Assembly (NCBI RefSeq): GCF_006345805.1
Contig: NW_021833008.1
Coordinates: forward strand, 1-64,000
Direction of reading: 5' to 3'
Source of the DNA: Octopus sinensis
Taxonomy: Eukaryota
Length of the DNA: 64,000 nucleotides
This document shows positions 52,812 through 64,000 of the stretch, in pieces. Under the pieces are notes generated by a model. It did not search any database. It saw only the letters and a program-made list of their open reading frames with translations, and was not told the DNA's origin. Positions within the stretch are counted from its first letter, which is position 1. Each line of letters starts with the position of its first letter. The position numbers and the translations under genes are program-made.

Positions 52812-53782
52812 CTCTCTCTATATAAACGGCAGTTTGTCTGTGCGTGTTTCTGTGTGTCTGTTTTCTCGTACCCTCACCCTGACCACGGCTTTCAACCGAT
52901 TCTGATGAAACTTGACACACACATAGCCCAATGTCATAATTCAAAACTAACGCAGCGAAAATTTTGAAAAGTTCCCCCAGTTCTGAAAAAAATCGATAAA
53001 TTCGACATGGGGTCGAGAATAAAAAAAAACAACCACAGACTGTCTAGGGGACGCAACTCAACCTTTTATTACTCTCAAAAAAAAAATTTACCATCATTTT
53101 TTTTCCATTTTTTGCTATTTTTTGGCTATAACTCTCTAAAAATGCTTTATAGTTATTTCCCTTACAAACCTGAGCAACGCCGGGCGATACTGCTAGTATA
53201 TATATATAGATGTGTATTTATACATGTATATGTATTGCTGTATATGTATACATCTATATGTATAGCTGTATATGTATAGATGTATTTCTATAGATATAGA
53301 TGTACATGTAATATATACACATATATACATGCATACATATACACACACACACACAGAGGCACACATACATAGGTGCAGGTGTGGCTGTGTGGTAACAAAC
53401 TTGGTTCCAAAACACATGGTCCTCAGTCTCAGTCCCACTGTGTGGTTACTTAGCATGTGTCTTCTGCTATAGCCTCAGACCAACCAAAGCCTTGTCAGTG
53501 GATTTTGTAGACAGAAACTGAATAAATCAATTGTATATATATATATGTATGTATATATGTAAGTCTATGTGTGTGTCTTTGTGTTTCTCCCTCATCACTG
53601 CTTCACAACTGGTGTTCGTTTATTTATATCCCCATAACTTACTGGTTTCTTAAGAAGAAACTGATAGAATAAGTACCAGGCTTATCAAAATAAAAAAAAA
53701 GCACAAGGCAGTGTCTCTTATTTTTGTTTGGCCACTCAGTTGTATCTATCAATTTATCTTTTGTGTGTGTGTGTATATACAT

Positions 53783-53814
<32 letters not shown>

Positions 53815-54870
53815 TATATATATATATATAAGCACATATCTCTCTCTATATAAACGGCAGTTTGTCTGTGCGTGTTTCTGTGTGTCTGTTTTCTCGTACC
53901 CTCACCCTGACCACGGCTTTCAACCGATTCTGATGAAACTTGACACACACATAGCCCAATGTCATAATTCAAAACTAACGCAGCGAAAATTTTGAAAAGT
54001 TCCCCCAGTTCTGAAAAAAATCGATAAATTCGACATGGGGTCGAGAATAAAAAAAAACAAACCACAGACTGTCTAGGGGACGCAACTCAACCTTTTATTA
54101 CTCTCAAAAAAAAAATTTACCATCATTTTTTTTCCATTTTTTTGCTATTTTTTGGCTATAACTCTCTAAAAATGCTTTATAGTTATTTCCCTTACAAACC
54201 TGAGCAACGCCGGGCGATACTGCTAGTATATATATATATAGATGTGTATTTATACATGTATATGTTTGCTGTATATGTATACATCTATATGTATAGCTGT
54301 ATATGTATAGATGTATTTCTATAGATATAGATGTACATGTAATATATACACATATTACATGCATACATATACACAACACACACACAGAGGCACACATACA
54401 TAGGTGCAGGTGTGGCTGTGTGGTAACAAACTTGGTTCCAAAACACATGGTCCTCAGTCTCAGTCCCACTGTGTGGTTACTTAGCATGTGTCTTCTGCTA
54501 TAGCCTCAGACCAACCAAAGCCTTGTCAGTGGATTTTGTAGACAGAAACTGAAATAATCAATTGTATATATATATATGTATGTATATATGTAAGTCTATG
54601 TGTGTGTCTTTGTGTTTCTCCCTCATCACTGCTTCACAACTGGTGTTCGTTTATTTATATCCCCATAACTTACTGGTTTCTTAAGAAGAAACTGATAGAA
54701 TAAGTACCAGGCTTATCAAAATAAAAAAAAAGCACAAGGCAGTGTCTCTTATTTTTGTTTGGCCACTCAGTTGTATCTATCAATTTATCTTTTGTGTGTG
54801 TGTGTATATACATACACACACACACCACACACACACACACATATATATTATATATATATATATATTGATA
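52811..54870 (+). repeat. Tandem duplication (period ~1028 bp) of a Helitron + SINE cassette
   Basis: tataaacggcag at 52821 and 53849; Helitron CTAG ends at 53196 and 54226; family-B SINE at ~53370 and ~54400. Confidence 0.92.
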
Positions 54871-55089
54871 TGCATTTCGTAGACAGGAACTGAAGCAAAT
54901 CAATCGTATATATATGTATGTATATATGTAAGTGTATATGTGTCTTTGTCTCTGTGTTTTGCCCTCATCACTGCTTCACAACTGCTGTTCATTTATTTAC
55001 ATCCTCATAACTTACTGGTTTCACAAGAAGAAATTAATAGAATAATATAATATTTTTTTTTGCCCACTCAATTGTATCTATCAATTATC

Positions 55090-55286
<197 letters not shown>

Positions 55287-55289
55287 CAC

Positions 55290-56588
55290 CCTAATGTGGG
55301 CCTGAACTCCCAAATTTTAGTTATTTCTTTTATGTTCCAAAACTAGGTCAAAAGTACTGAATGGATCTTTATGAAATTTGAAAATTATATTCTATGCATA
55401 AGGGCCATAACCCCCATGACAATTCATATATTTTTGCTGTTGATGAAATTTTAACCATAGATATTAGATACTAATGAAGTAATATTTATAAAATTTCATC
55501 ATCTTATAAGTTAGAAAGACCATTCCATGGGGACTTAACATCACAATTTTGTCATTTTATCTAAGCAAAAATGAATACAGTTGTGCTCTTGGAAGCTGTA
55601 GGGTTACTCAAGCATAAAAGATGAGCATTATTTGTAATTCAATGGTACAACAGTGCAACAGTTTGCTTTGACATACACTTACATTGTGATTTCTGCAATG
55701 TGGTGCATAAATTGTCAAGTAAATGAGAGGCATCTTTGCCTCCACTGATTCAGTTGCAAAGTGTTGAGTAAAGTTATTTGATTGCAGACCTCCTTTCAGT
55801 CTTTTTATTATCACTGGGTCACACATAGTCCCCAGATTGTACCATTGATTTCAAGGCCTTCCCAGGTGAGTGACTGATTATTCAAAGACATTTATAGATT
55901 GTAAATTTACACTGTCCAGTTACATATCAGTATAGTGGTCATTTGCAAACTCCAGGGGTGACACTTTCAATTCTCCTTAGGCCTCACGTCACACAGTTGT
56001 TAATGTTGATTTCAGTTGGGTCACGTCCTTCCAATTGCTATACATTCGTAATGTATCTTACGGCTGTGCCTGTCACCTAGATGGTGAGGAATCCTACATT
56101 GGGAGTGGTAACGACTAAGGTAGGGTAGCTGACTGCTTATTGTGATCATTCATCTTTTCGTTTCCTGTAGCTTTGCTCTTTTTTACAAACCCAGTGAACA
56201 TATATTTCTTAATTCAAAGAAATTCAAACAATAGATATAAGACCCAAGTTAAAAAGATTCTCAACAATTCAACTTCTCTGGTTGACATTAAGATGCCCAC
56301 CCCCAACAGGGGCCTTAACTCTCACATTTTAGAGCTCCATGACCATCATGTTTCAGGAGCAAAATCCTTTTAACAGGTTCAATAAGACTGGAATTTTGGA
56401 ATATGCGCATAAAAATCTGTAGTATGGGATACATGTGACACGATTACAATTTTTTAGGGTGTGTAAAGAGGGAAATAACCCTCATCTGCAATTTTGATAA
56501 AATTCGAAACATAGGTATTCCAGTTCATTACAGAAAATATAACAGAAAAGTCTAATTCTTCAATTGAATGTAACACGGGCAACGCTAG
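55290..56588 (+). mobile_element. Possible degenerate Helitron-type element with unexplained interior
   Basis: Ends cacgggcaacgCTAG|T at 56588; tttatgaaatttg motif near the left end; interior 55560-56250 matches nothing else in the window. Confidence 0.4.
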
Positions 56589-56621
<33 letters not shown>

Positions 56622-56699
56622 CAACTTCATTTGCCTTGTATTTTCTTTGGTGTTCTCGATGGATTTTGAGAAGTGCTTACATGGATTCTATATGGGATA

Positions 56700-57800
56700 C
56701 TGAACAATGGGGATGATGTTGCTGCCAAAAAAAAGGCATCCTTATATGTAAATTCTTGTATAGTGATGACTTTCATATTTATCTTGATGCTCACTCCCAG
56801 AATGATAGGCAGCATCTTATGGACTCCTTTTCAACAGCATGCAATGCATTGAGCCTAACAACCAGCCTACAAAAGACAGTCATAATATACCAATCTGCAC
56901 AAGGTAAAGCCTACTCTTGTGTTTATCTATATGGACAGAAATTGTTGCTTGTGGAAAAATTTTTGTATTTAGACAGTACTGTGAAAATGACGAATATTCT
57001 TGATAATGAAATTTCCCTCCATATCAAGAAAGCCTGTGATGCATTTGGAAAATTTGTTAGAAGTTTAGGGTCTTGGTATGGAATTTCAGTTGTGACAAAA
57101 TCAAAAGTCTGCAATACTTGTAATGTTGTTTTTATTGCGATCGTCTTGTCAGATCTTTGTTATTTACTAGAAACATATGAATAGGCTGTCATCTACTAAA
57201 TGCTCAGTAACAAACATAAGTGACAAATTCCTTGAATTCAATAAGCCTAGTTTCTAGCTATAGTTTCTAGTAGTTGAAGATTATGATGCAGTGGTTATAT
57301 GGTCAAGATGGAAGACGGTTGGATTCCTTAGCAATTTATATGTTGTAAGTTTGGTCAGGGTAAAAGACCAGCACACAATCTTAAATGAAATAAGAACTGC
57401 ATCAAGAATATATTGGAAAAGATTAAAATGTTGGAAAATGGAAGAGACATCATTCTAGATCATTCATTATAGATAAAATCAGTGCATCATCACTGGAAGG
57501 AATTTGAATGAAATTGTACTGAGCATGAAAATCTCAAGAGAGATGTTCATAAGGGTCTTGATGTTAATCTGCCTGAGAATGTTGGTTTAACATGTAACAA
57601 ATGTGGTTGTTTCTAAGACAGACATACCATAGAAGTCACCAGAGAAGCCACACACACACAGAGGAACATTATTAACTATACATTGTGCAGCATCTCTTCT
57701 TGCAGTGAATGTGGAAAAGAATGTGCATCAGGAGACAGAGTGAAATGCCATGACAATTCACCAAAGCAATACTATAACACCATCATTGGTGCCCATCATT
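56700..57800 (+). mobile_element. Old BovB-like RTE 3' fragment with C-terminal zinc-finger remnants
   Basis: LYSDDF...MDSFSTACNALSLTTSLQKT...KFLYLDS...IKKACDAFGK; CSECGKEC. Confidence 0.78.
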
Positions 57801-58859
57801 GTGATATATCAAAAGCCACATCAATGTTGCTTATGTTCAAAAGAACTATCAAGTAGTGGCATTATTTGAAATGAAGTTGCAACTATTATATATTTGTGTG
57901 TGTGAGAGAGAGAGAGAGAGAGATAGAAGAAAAAATATTACTATACTGCTGAGTATTGTGCCTTATTTTATGAAAATTACAAAATGGTTTTTACCTTCAA
58001 AAGAGAAATGCAAGTTGTACATATATGTGTTCATATACAAGCACATATGTCATTATAGTATATTCTACATATACTCAGTACTATATACTGTGTATTGGTA
58101 TGTATGTATGTATGTATGTATGTTGTGCTGCTGGACTTGGTGTTCTGGATATGGTGCTGAGGAGGGAGCAGTAACTTCCTGAAGTATGTATACACCCATT
58201 ACCTGTTTTTCCGTCTTCGTTTGCATTGTTTACATGAATATGTTCATGTGAAAAGTGTTGTAACTTTCAGTACTGGCTCTAGAGTCTGACTTGTTGAAAA
58301 TCTGTGTTTATTTCTCACAAAAAGCTTTTCATATCCTCTCTTAATTATTGTCTGGATGGTGTTTGTATTTTCTTTCTAAAGTTGGGATCCTTCATTTGCT
58401 TGCAATGTGCCCACCCTTCCAGCCCCACTATCTATACCCACTCTACTCATTCCCATCCCCAACACCTATACCCTTTCACCACCCACTATACCTACACCCT
58501 TTACTCGTTCTGAAAACCTATCTTCTGTACCAGAATCTCTCTTAACAACCCTTCTGTTGCTCTTCCCTCCTTTTTTCTCTCTCAGTAGTGTCTCACCTCT
58601 GTTACTGTAATATGAATGCTATAGCTTGTATGCTTTGCACCAAAATGTAACTGAAGAGAACCTATCAATTAACTAATCAACTAATAAATTTTGATTTATC
58701 TTAGTATTAAGTAGGATTGTAAAGCACACTCACCTCCAGTAGATGCAGCAAATGTGACATGAATGAATAATGGTTGATTAACTGTGAGGACAACTGACAT
58801 GTGTGTTACTGGCAAATGCTTGTTGAAAGTTTCTTTTTAGATGCTGTATGCTGTCACCC

Positions 58860-59735
58860 ATCCCTGTTCCCTCCTACCTCCGATTTCACTTCCTTACAGT
58901 TGGCACTGTCACTGTAGGCACATTGAAAGGTAGGTCTGGTGAGATAGTTGAGATGTCTCAGTGGAAGTGTGCCAATATGTGTTGTATTCAAGAAGAAGGG
59001 TGGAGGGGAGCTTCATCCAGGTTCCTCACAGGCAAAGAACATAAGTATAAAATCTTCTAGGAAGACAATAATGGTGGGGTAGGTGGTGTTAGCATACTTT
59101 TATTTAATAAATTGGTGGATAAGGTAATTGAGGTACTCAGACTGTGAGAGAGGATATTTAAGCTTAGATTAGTTACACAAGGTAGTACAGCAACAATTAT
59201 TTCCACCTGTGCTCCTCAACCATATCTACCAAATGAACAAGAGGATCGATTTTGCAGACTGCTTCAAGGACAAATGCCAGTGACCTTATTTTCATGACTG
59301 GTGACTTCAGTGGACATGTTGGACAGCATCCAGTTGGCTTCGGTGGTGTACATGGTGTACCTTCTGGGGTGAGAAATCTACCCCTTATCATAGGTTAGTC
59401 ATTAGTGACCTCAGACTTCAGGCTAGAAGAATTCCAAGAAGCAGACCAGTCTAGAAAAGAAGGATTTGGAAGCTTAAGGATCAGTGATTTAAAGACACTT
59501 TAAATGAAGCATTTGATGAAGAAAGGTTACAGAAATGTAACCTAGAGGACAACTTGGAGTTTCTACAGGTTAATTTAGTGAGAGCCACTGATCAAATTTG
59601 TGCCTGGTGCAAAGTCCCAACTAGATGTAGGGACATGGTTGTAGGACAGTGTAGTAGACAGGGCCATTCGACAAAGAAACAGGCCTGGAAGAATTGGAAG
59701 AGTAGTGGCATCAGAGAACTATATTAGATAGACTG
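58860..59735 (+). mobile_element. RTE endonuclease-region fragment with an internal deletion
   Basis: VGTVTVGTLKGRSGEIVEM...CCIQE; MTGDFSGHVG; RRIWKLKD. Confidence 0.82.
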
Positions 59736-59829
59736 AAAGGAATTAAATTTTGTTCGATTATTATTGTAAAAATATTGATTTCTATATTTGTTATTTGATA
59801 ATTATAAGTTACGATATGTATATATATTT

Positions 59830-62480
59830 CATCATTATCATGATCATCATCGTTTAACGTCCGCTTTCCATGCTAGCATGGGTTGGATGATTTGACTGAG
59901 GACTGGTGGACCAGATGGATGCACGAGGCTCGAATCTGATCTGGCAGAATTTCTACAGCTGGATGCTCTTCCTAACGCCAACCACTCCAAGAGTGTAGTG
60001 GGTGTTTTTATGTGCCACAAGCAAGAGGGCCAGTCAGGCAGTACTGGCAACGGCCATGCTCAAATGGTGTTTTTACATACCACCTGCACAGGAGCCAGTC
60101 CAGTGTCACTGGCAATGACATTGCTCGAATGTTCTTTTATGTGCCACTGGCACAAGTGCCAGTAAGGTGACGCTGGTAACGATCACGCTCAAATGGTACT
60201 TTTTACATGCCCCTTGCATGGAAGTCAGTTAGCTACTCTGGCAATGATCATGCTCGGATGGGGCTCTTAGCGCTCCACTAGCATGGATGCCAGTTATCGA
60301 ATTTGATTTTGATTTCACTTGCCTCAACAGGTCTTCGCAAGCAGAGATTAGTGTTCAGAGAAGGAAAAGGTACGCAGAAGTGGGCTGGTTACACCCCTGG
60401 CACAGGCAAACGAGGTTATGGTCTCATTTGGCTTGCCGGGTCTTCTCAAGCACAGCATATTTCCTAAGGTCTTGGTCACTAGTCATTGCCTCGGTGAAGC
60501 CTAAAGTTCAAAGGTCGTGCTTCACCACTTCACCCCAGGTCTTCCTAGGTCTGCCTCTTCCACAGGTTCACTCAACAACGAGGGTGTGGCACTTTTTCAC
60601 ACAGCTATCATCATCCATTCACGCCACATGACTATACCAGCACAGTTGTCTCTCTTGCACTTTAGATCTGATGCTTCTTAGGTCCAACTTTTCTCTCAAG
60701 ATACTTAAACTCTGTCAAGTATGCACACTGACATTACACATCCATCAGAGCATACTGGCTTCATTCTTCGCGAGCTTACTCATGTCCTCAGCAGTCACGG
60801 CCCATGTTTCACTGCCATGTAGCATGGCTGTCTGTACACATGCGTCATACTGTCTACCTTTTACTCTGAATGTAAGAGCTCTCTGAACTTTGCCCAGGCT
60901 ATTCTTTTTCTAGCAGCTACACTTTCAGCGCACCCTCCTCCGCAACTGACTTGGTCACCTAGGTAATGGAAGCTATCAACTACTAGTTTTTCTCCCTGGA
61001 ACATGGTGGAAGTTGTTCTCTGCACATTTTCAGTGTTTATTGCTCCTGAGCATCTGCCACATACAAAAACTATCTTCCCAGTTAGCCTTCCTTTGATATT
61101 GCTGCACCTCTTATGTGTCCATAGTTTACACTGGGTTCATCTTATAGAGTATCTACCTATGCCTTTTCTACAGATCGAGCAAAGCCATCTACCTGAAGGG
61201 ATTTGTGATTTGTCTGCCCCCCCTTATTAGGAATTTTGGTTTTAGCTAGGTTGACTCTAGTTTTGATAGTGACTCAGCAATTAGGGCAAGGTCATCAGCA
61301 TAGGGGAGCTCCCAGGGGCATCCTGTCTTGAATTCGTCTGTTATTGCCTGGAGGACTATGATAAATAGGAGGAGACTGAGGACTGAACCTTGGTGGGCCT
61401 GTACCTTTATCTGGAATTCGTCACTGTATTCATTGCCAACCCTCACCTTACTGACAGCGTCCCTGTACTTAGATTGCACAGCTCTTACTAACCATTCATC
61501 TATCCCTAGTTTCCTCATTGGCCACCAGATAAGGGATCAGGAAAACCCTGTTAAAGGCTTTCTCCATGTCAACGAAAGGCAGGTACAGAGGTTTATCTTT
61601 GGCTAAGTATTTCTCCTGCAGCTGTCTCACCACAAATATAGCATCAGAGGTGCTTTTTCCTGGCATGAACCCAAACTGTGACCCTCTCTGTGACCTTCAT
61701 TACCTGATCCAACAGCTTGATATCTCTGTAATTATTTGTATCTAAAGCATCACCTTTACCTTTGTAGCAGTTGACTATAGTGCTGCTACACCAGTCATTG
61801 GGTATGACTCCTTCATGTATTACCTGGTTAACTATACAGGTGGCTAGGCTATAGCCAACACTGCCAGATATTTTGAGCATTTCTGCAGTGATTCCTGATG
61901 GGCCGGTGGGTTTTCCCTGTCTTCATACTCTTAATTGCTTTATCTACCAATGTACTGTCAACTCGGATTGCTGGTCCCTCTGTTGGGTTGACATTCGGCA
62001 AACTCTATTTCTCTCATTCATTTTCTTTATTGAGCAACCTTTCATAGTGGCGTCTCTTTGCAGCCTAGTTTAGTGCAAGTGAACCATTATCCATGCAGAC
62101 ACATTTCTCTCCTACCACTTCACGATTCTGTCTCACACACTGTCTTGCAACACGAAATATCTCAAGTCGTTGGTCCTTACGGTGCAGAACATTGGCAAAT
62201 TTTTCCTTATCCGCTTCCCCTCTAGCTAAATAAATCTGTCTCCTAGCTTCCCAGTCTGATACAATTCCCTGTTACCACCATTCTTCTAGTCCTTCCTTCC
62301 AAGCCTGTTTCTTTTGTCTAACAGCCCTGTCAACAACATTGTTCCACCACCATGTTATTTTGGATCAAGAGGGAACTTTGCACCAGCCACAGATCTGGTC
62401 AGTGGCCCTCAGCAGGTCCCATAGAAACCTCCAGTTGTCTTCTGTGAAGCTATATCCCCTTCTATTTCGTCAAAGGCTTC
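59830..62480 (-). mobile_element. RTE LINE, degenerate, with internal deletions
   Basis: (CAT)n-cgtttaacgtcc 3' end at ~59840; [14 protein letters not shown]; [20 protein letters not shown]; ITWWWNNVVDRAV. Confidence 0.92.
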
Positions 62481-62653
62481 AAGTAATATGTCTTATTTTT
62501 ATTATTGTCATTATCTTGTGAATGATAATCTTAACGTATTACATAAATTTACATTGGGAAATAGTTTTGTAAGACAAAATCTTATTGAATGGGTAGGAAT
62601 TTTTATTTGTTATGTAATATTGCATTTAAGTAAATACTTTTAATAATAATAGG

Positions 62654-62862
62654 AACTTTGAATAATTCTATTAATGAGTGTAACATTAAATCTATATATA
62701 AATTTATTATATAAGTTTAACTAATTTCATCATCAACATCATTATCGTTTAACATCCGTTTTAAACGATGATGATGATGATGATGATGAAATTAGTTAAA
62801 CTTATATAATAAATTTATATATAGATTTAATGTTACACTCATTAATAGAATTATTCAAAGTT
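62654..62862. repeat. Near-perfect 209-bp palindrome
   Basis: Outer 82 nt of each arm are exactly reverse-complementary; centre is (cat)n-cgtttaa catccgtt ttaaacg-(atg)n. Confidence 0.95.
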
Positions 62863-62982
62863 TGTGTGTATATATTTGAACCATTTTTCTATTTTTAATT
62901 ATTGTAGTTATAGTTTGTAGTAGTATTATGTATATAAGTTAGAATGAAGTTTTTTAGTATATATTACATAATTAGAATAAGA

Positions 62983-64000
62983 TTTCCCACTGATATTGAC
63001 GTTAGAGAAGCGAACGAAGTTGACTCTCAACATAAAATCTCGGACATAACCTTCACTGCCACTGACATCATAGCAGCAATAAATGAGGTCAAATACTACT
63101 CTGCTGTAGGCCCTGATAGATTCCCCGCTAGTCTCCTGAAGGAATGTAGACACCAACTTGCAGTCCCTCTGACCAACCTCTGGAGAAATTCGTTAGATGC
63201 AGGTTATATACCGAAACAGTTTCTATCCCAGTCAATCATCCCGGTTTTCAAACAGGGAAACAGATCCCTCGCACTCAACTATCGTCCAATCTCACTCACC
63301 TCTCACATCATCAAAGTGTTTGAAAGAGTGTTAAGATCAAGGATGGCTGACTTCCTGGAGACCCAGAAACTCCTAAATGCAAATCAGCATGGCTTTCGCT
63401 GTGGCAGGGACTGTCTAACACAGCTCTTACACCACATTGAAGATGTACTCAAAGCCTTGGGAACAGGTTCGAACTCTGATGTCATATATCTTGACTTCAG
63501 TAAAGCGTTCGACAGGGTAGACCATAATATCCTACTCTCAAAATTGGCAAATGTTGGAATCCGTGGAAAAGTTCTACACTGGATCAAGTATTTCCTGGCG
63601 AATAGAACACGACATGTTGTAGTTGATGGAGTCCACTCAAGCCCAGCAAAAGTCACCAGCGGTGTCCCCCAGGGAACTGTCTTGGGTCCGCTACTCTTCA
63701 TAATCTACATAAACGACCTTTCCAGTGTCGTACATTACTGCAAAGTGAAAATATTTGCTGATGACACCAAGCTCCAGCAAATCGTCAATGAAGAAGCAGA
63801 CCGAACTCAACTCCAGTCTGATCTATATGCTGTGAGTCAATGGGCAGACAGAAACAAAATGCAACTGAACGAGGGAAAATTTGAGCTGATGCATTTTGGA
63901 AGAAATTCCTCACTAAAACAGCCATACTCTCTTCCTTCAGGGGAACCGCTCACAGCCTCTAACAACATCAGAGACCTAGGTGTAATTGTTGATGACGATC
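62983..64000 (+). CDS. CR1-type LINE reverse transcriptase, open frame running off the window
   Basis: Translated by hand: SAVGPDRFP, NYRPISLTSHIIKVFE, QHGFR, YLDFSKAFDRVDH, GVPQGTVLGPLLF, FADDTK, RDLGV; no stop in ~339 codons. Absent from the ORF track because it has no terminator. Confidence 0.93.

Noticed and set aside
59197-59391. Minus-strand ORF suggesting an inversion inside the RTE fragment
   Set aside because: The plus strand reads as collinear endonuclease sequence (GDFSGHVG) with a simple deletion.

Overview
AT-rich eukaryotic genomic DNA almost entirely filled with transposable elements and microsatellites. The family mix suggests an Octopus (coleoid cephalopod) intron or intergenic region; this is an inference from recognising the families, not a database result. 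About a dozen copies or fragments of one RTE-clade LINE family with (GAT)n tails dominate the window. Also present are BovB-like RTEs, CR1-type LINEs, a Hero-type LINE with a restriction-like endonuclease, three Penelope-like GIY-YIG elements, many Helitron pieces, mariner/Tc1 remnants, tRNA-derived SINEs and a MITE. The only plausible host coding sequence is one frameshifted Ig-like exon at 11.1-11.4 kb. I found no prokaryotic system, CRISPR array or complete novel gene. The most unusual signals are structural: a 218-bp circularly permuted copy moved between two LINE 3' UTRs; a degenerate minimal hammerhead-ribozyme fold between inverted repeats; a near-perfect 209-bp palindrome centred on a LINE 3' end; a satellite growing out of a young LINE 3' UTR; combinatorial Helitron end-swapping; and a PHD finger inside the RTE reverse transcriptase. 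Boundaries of old elements are approximate, and some indels or duplications could be assembly errors.
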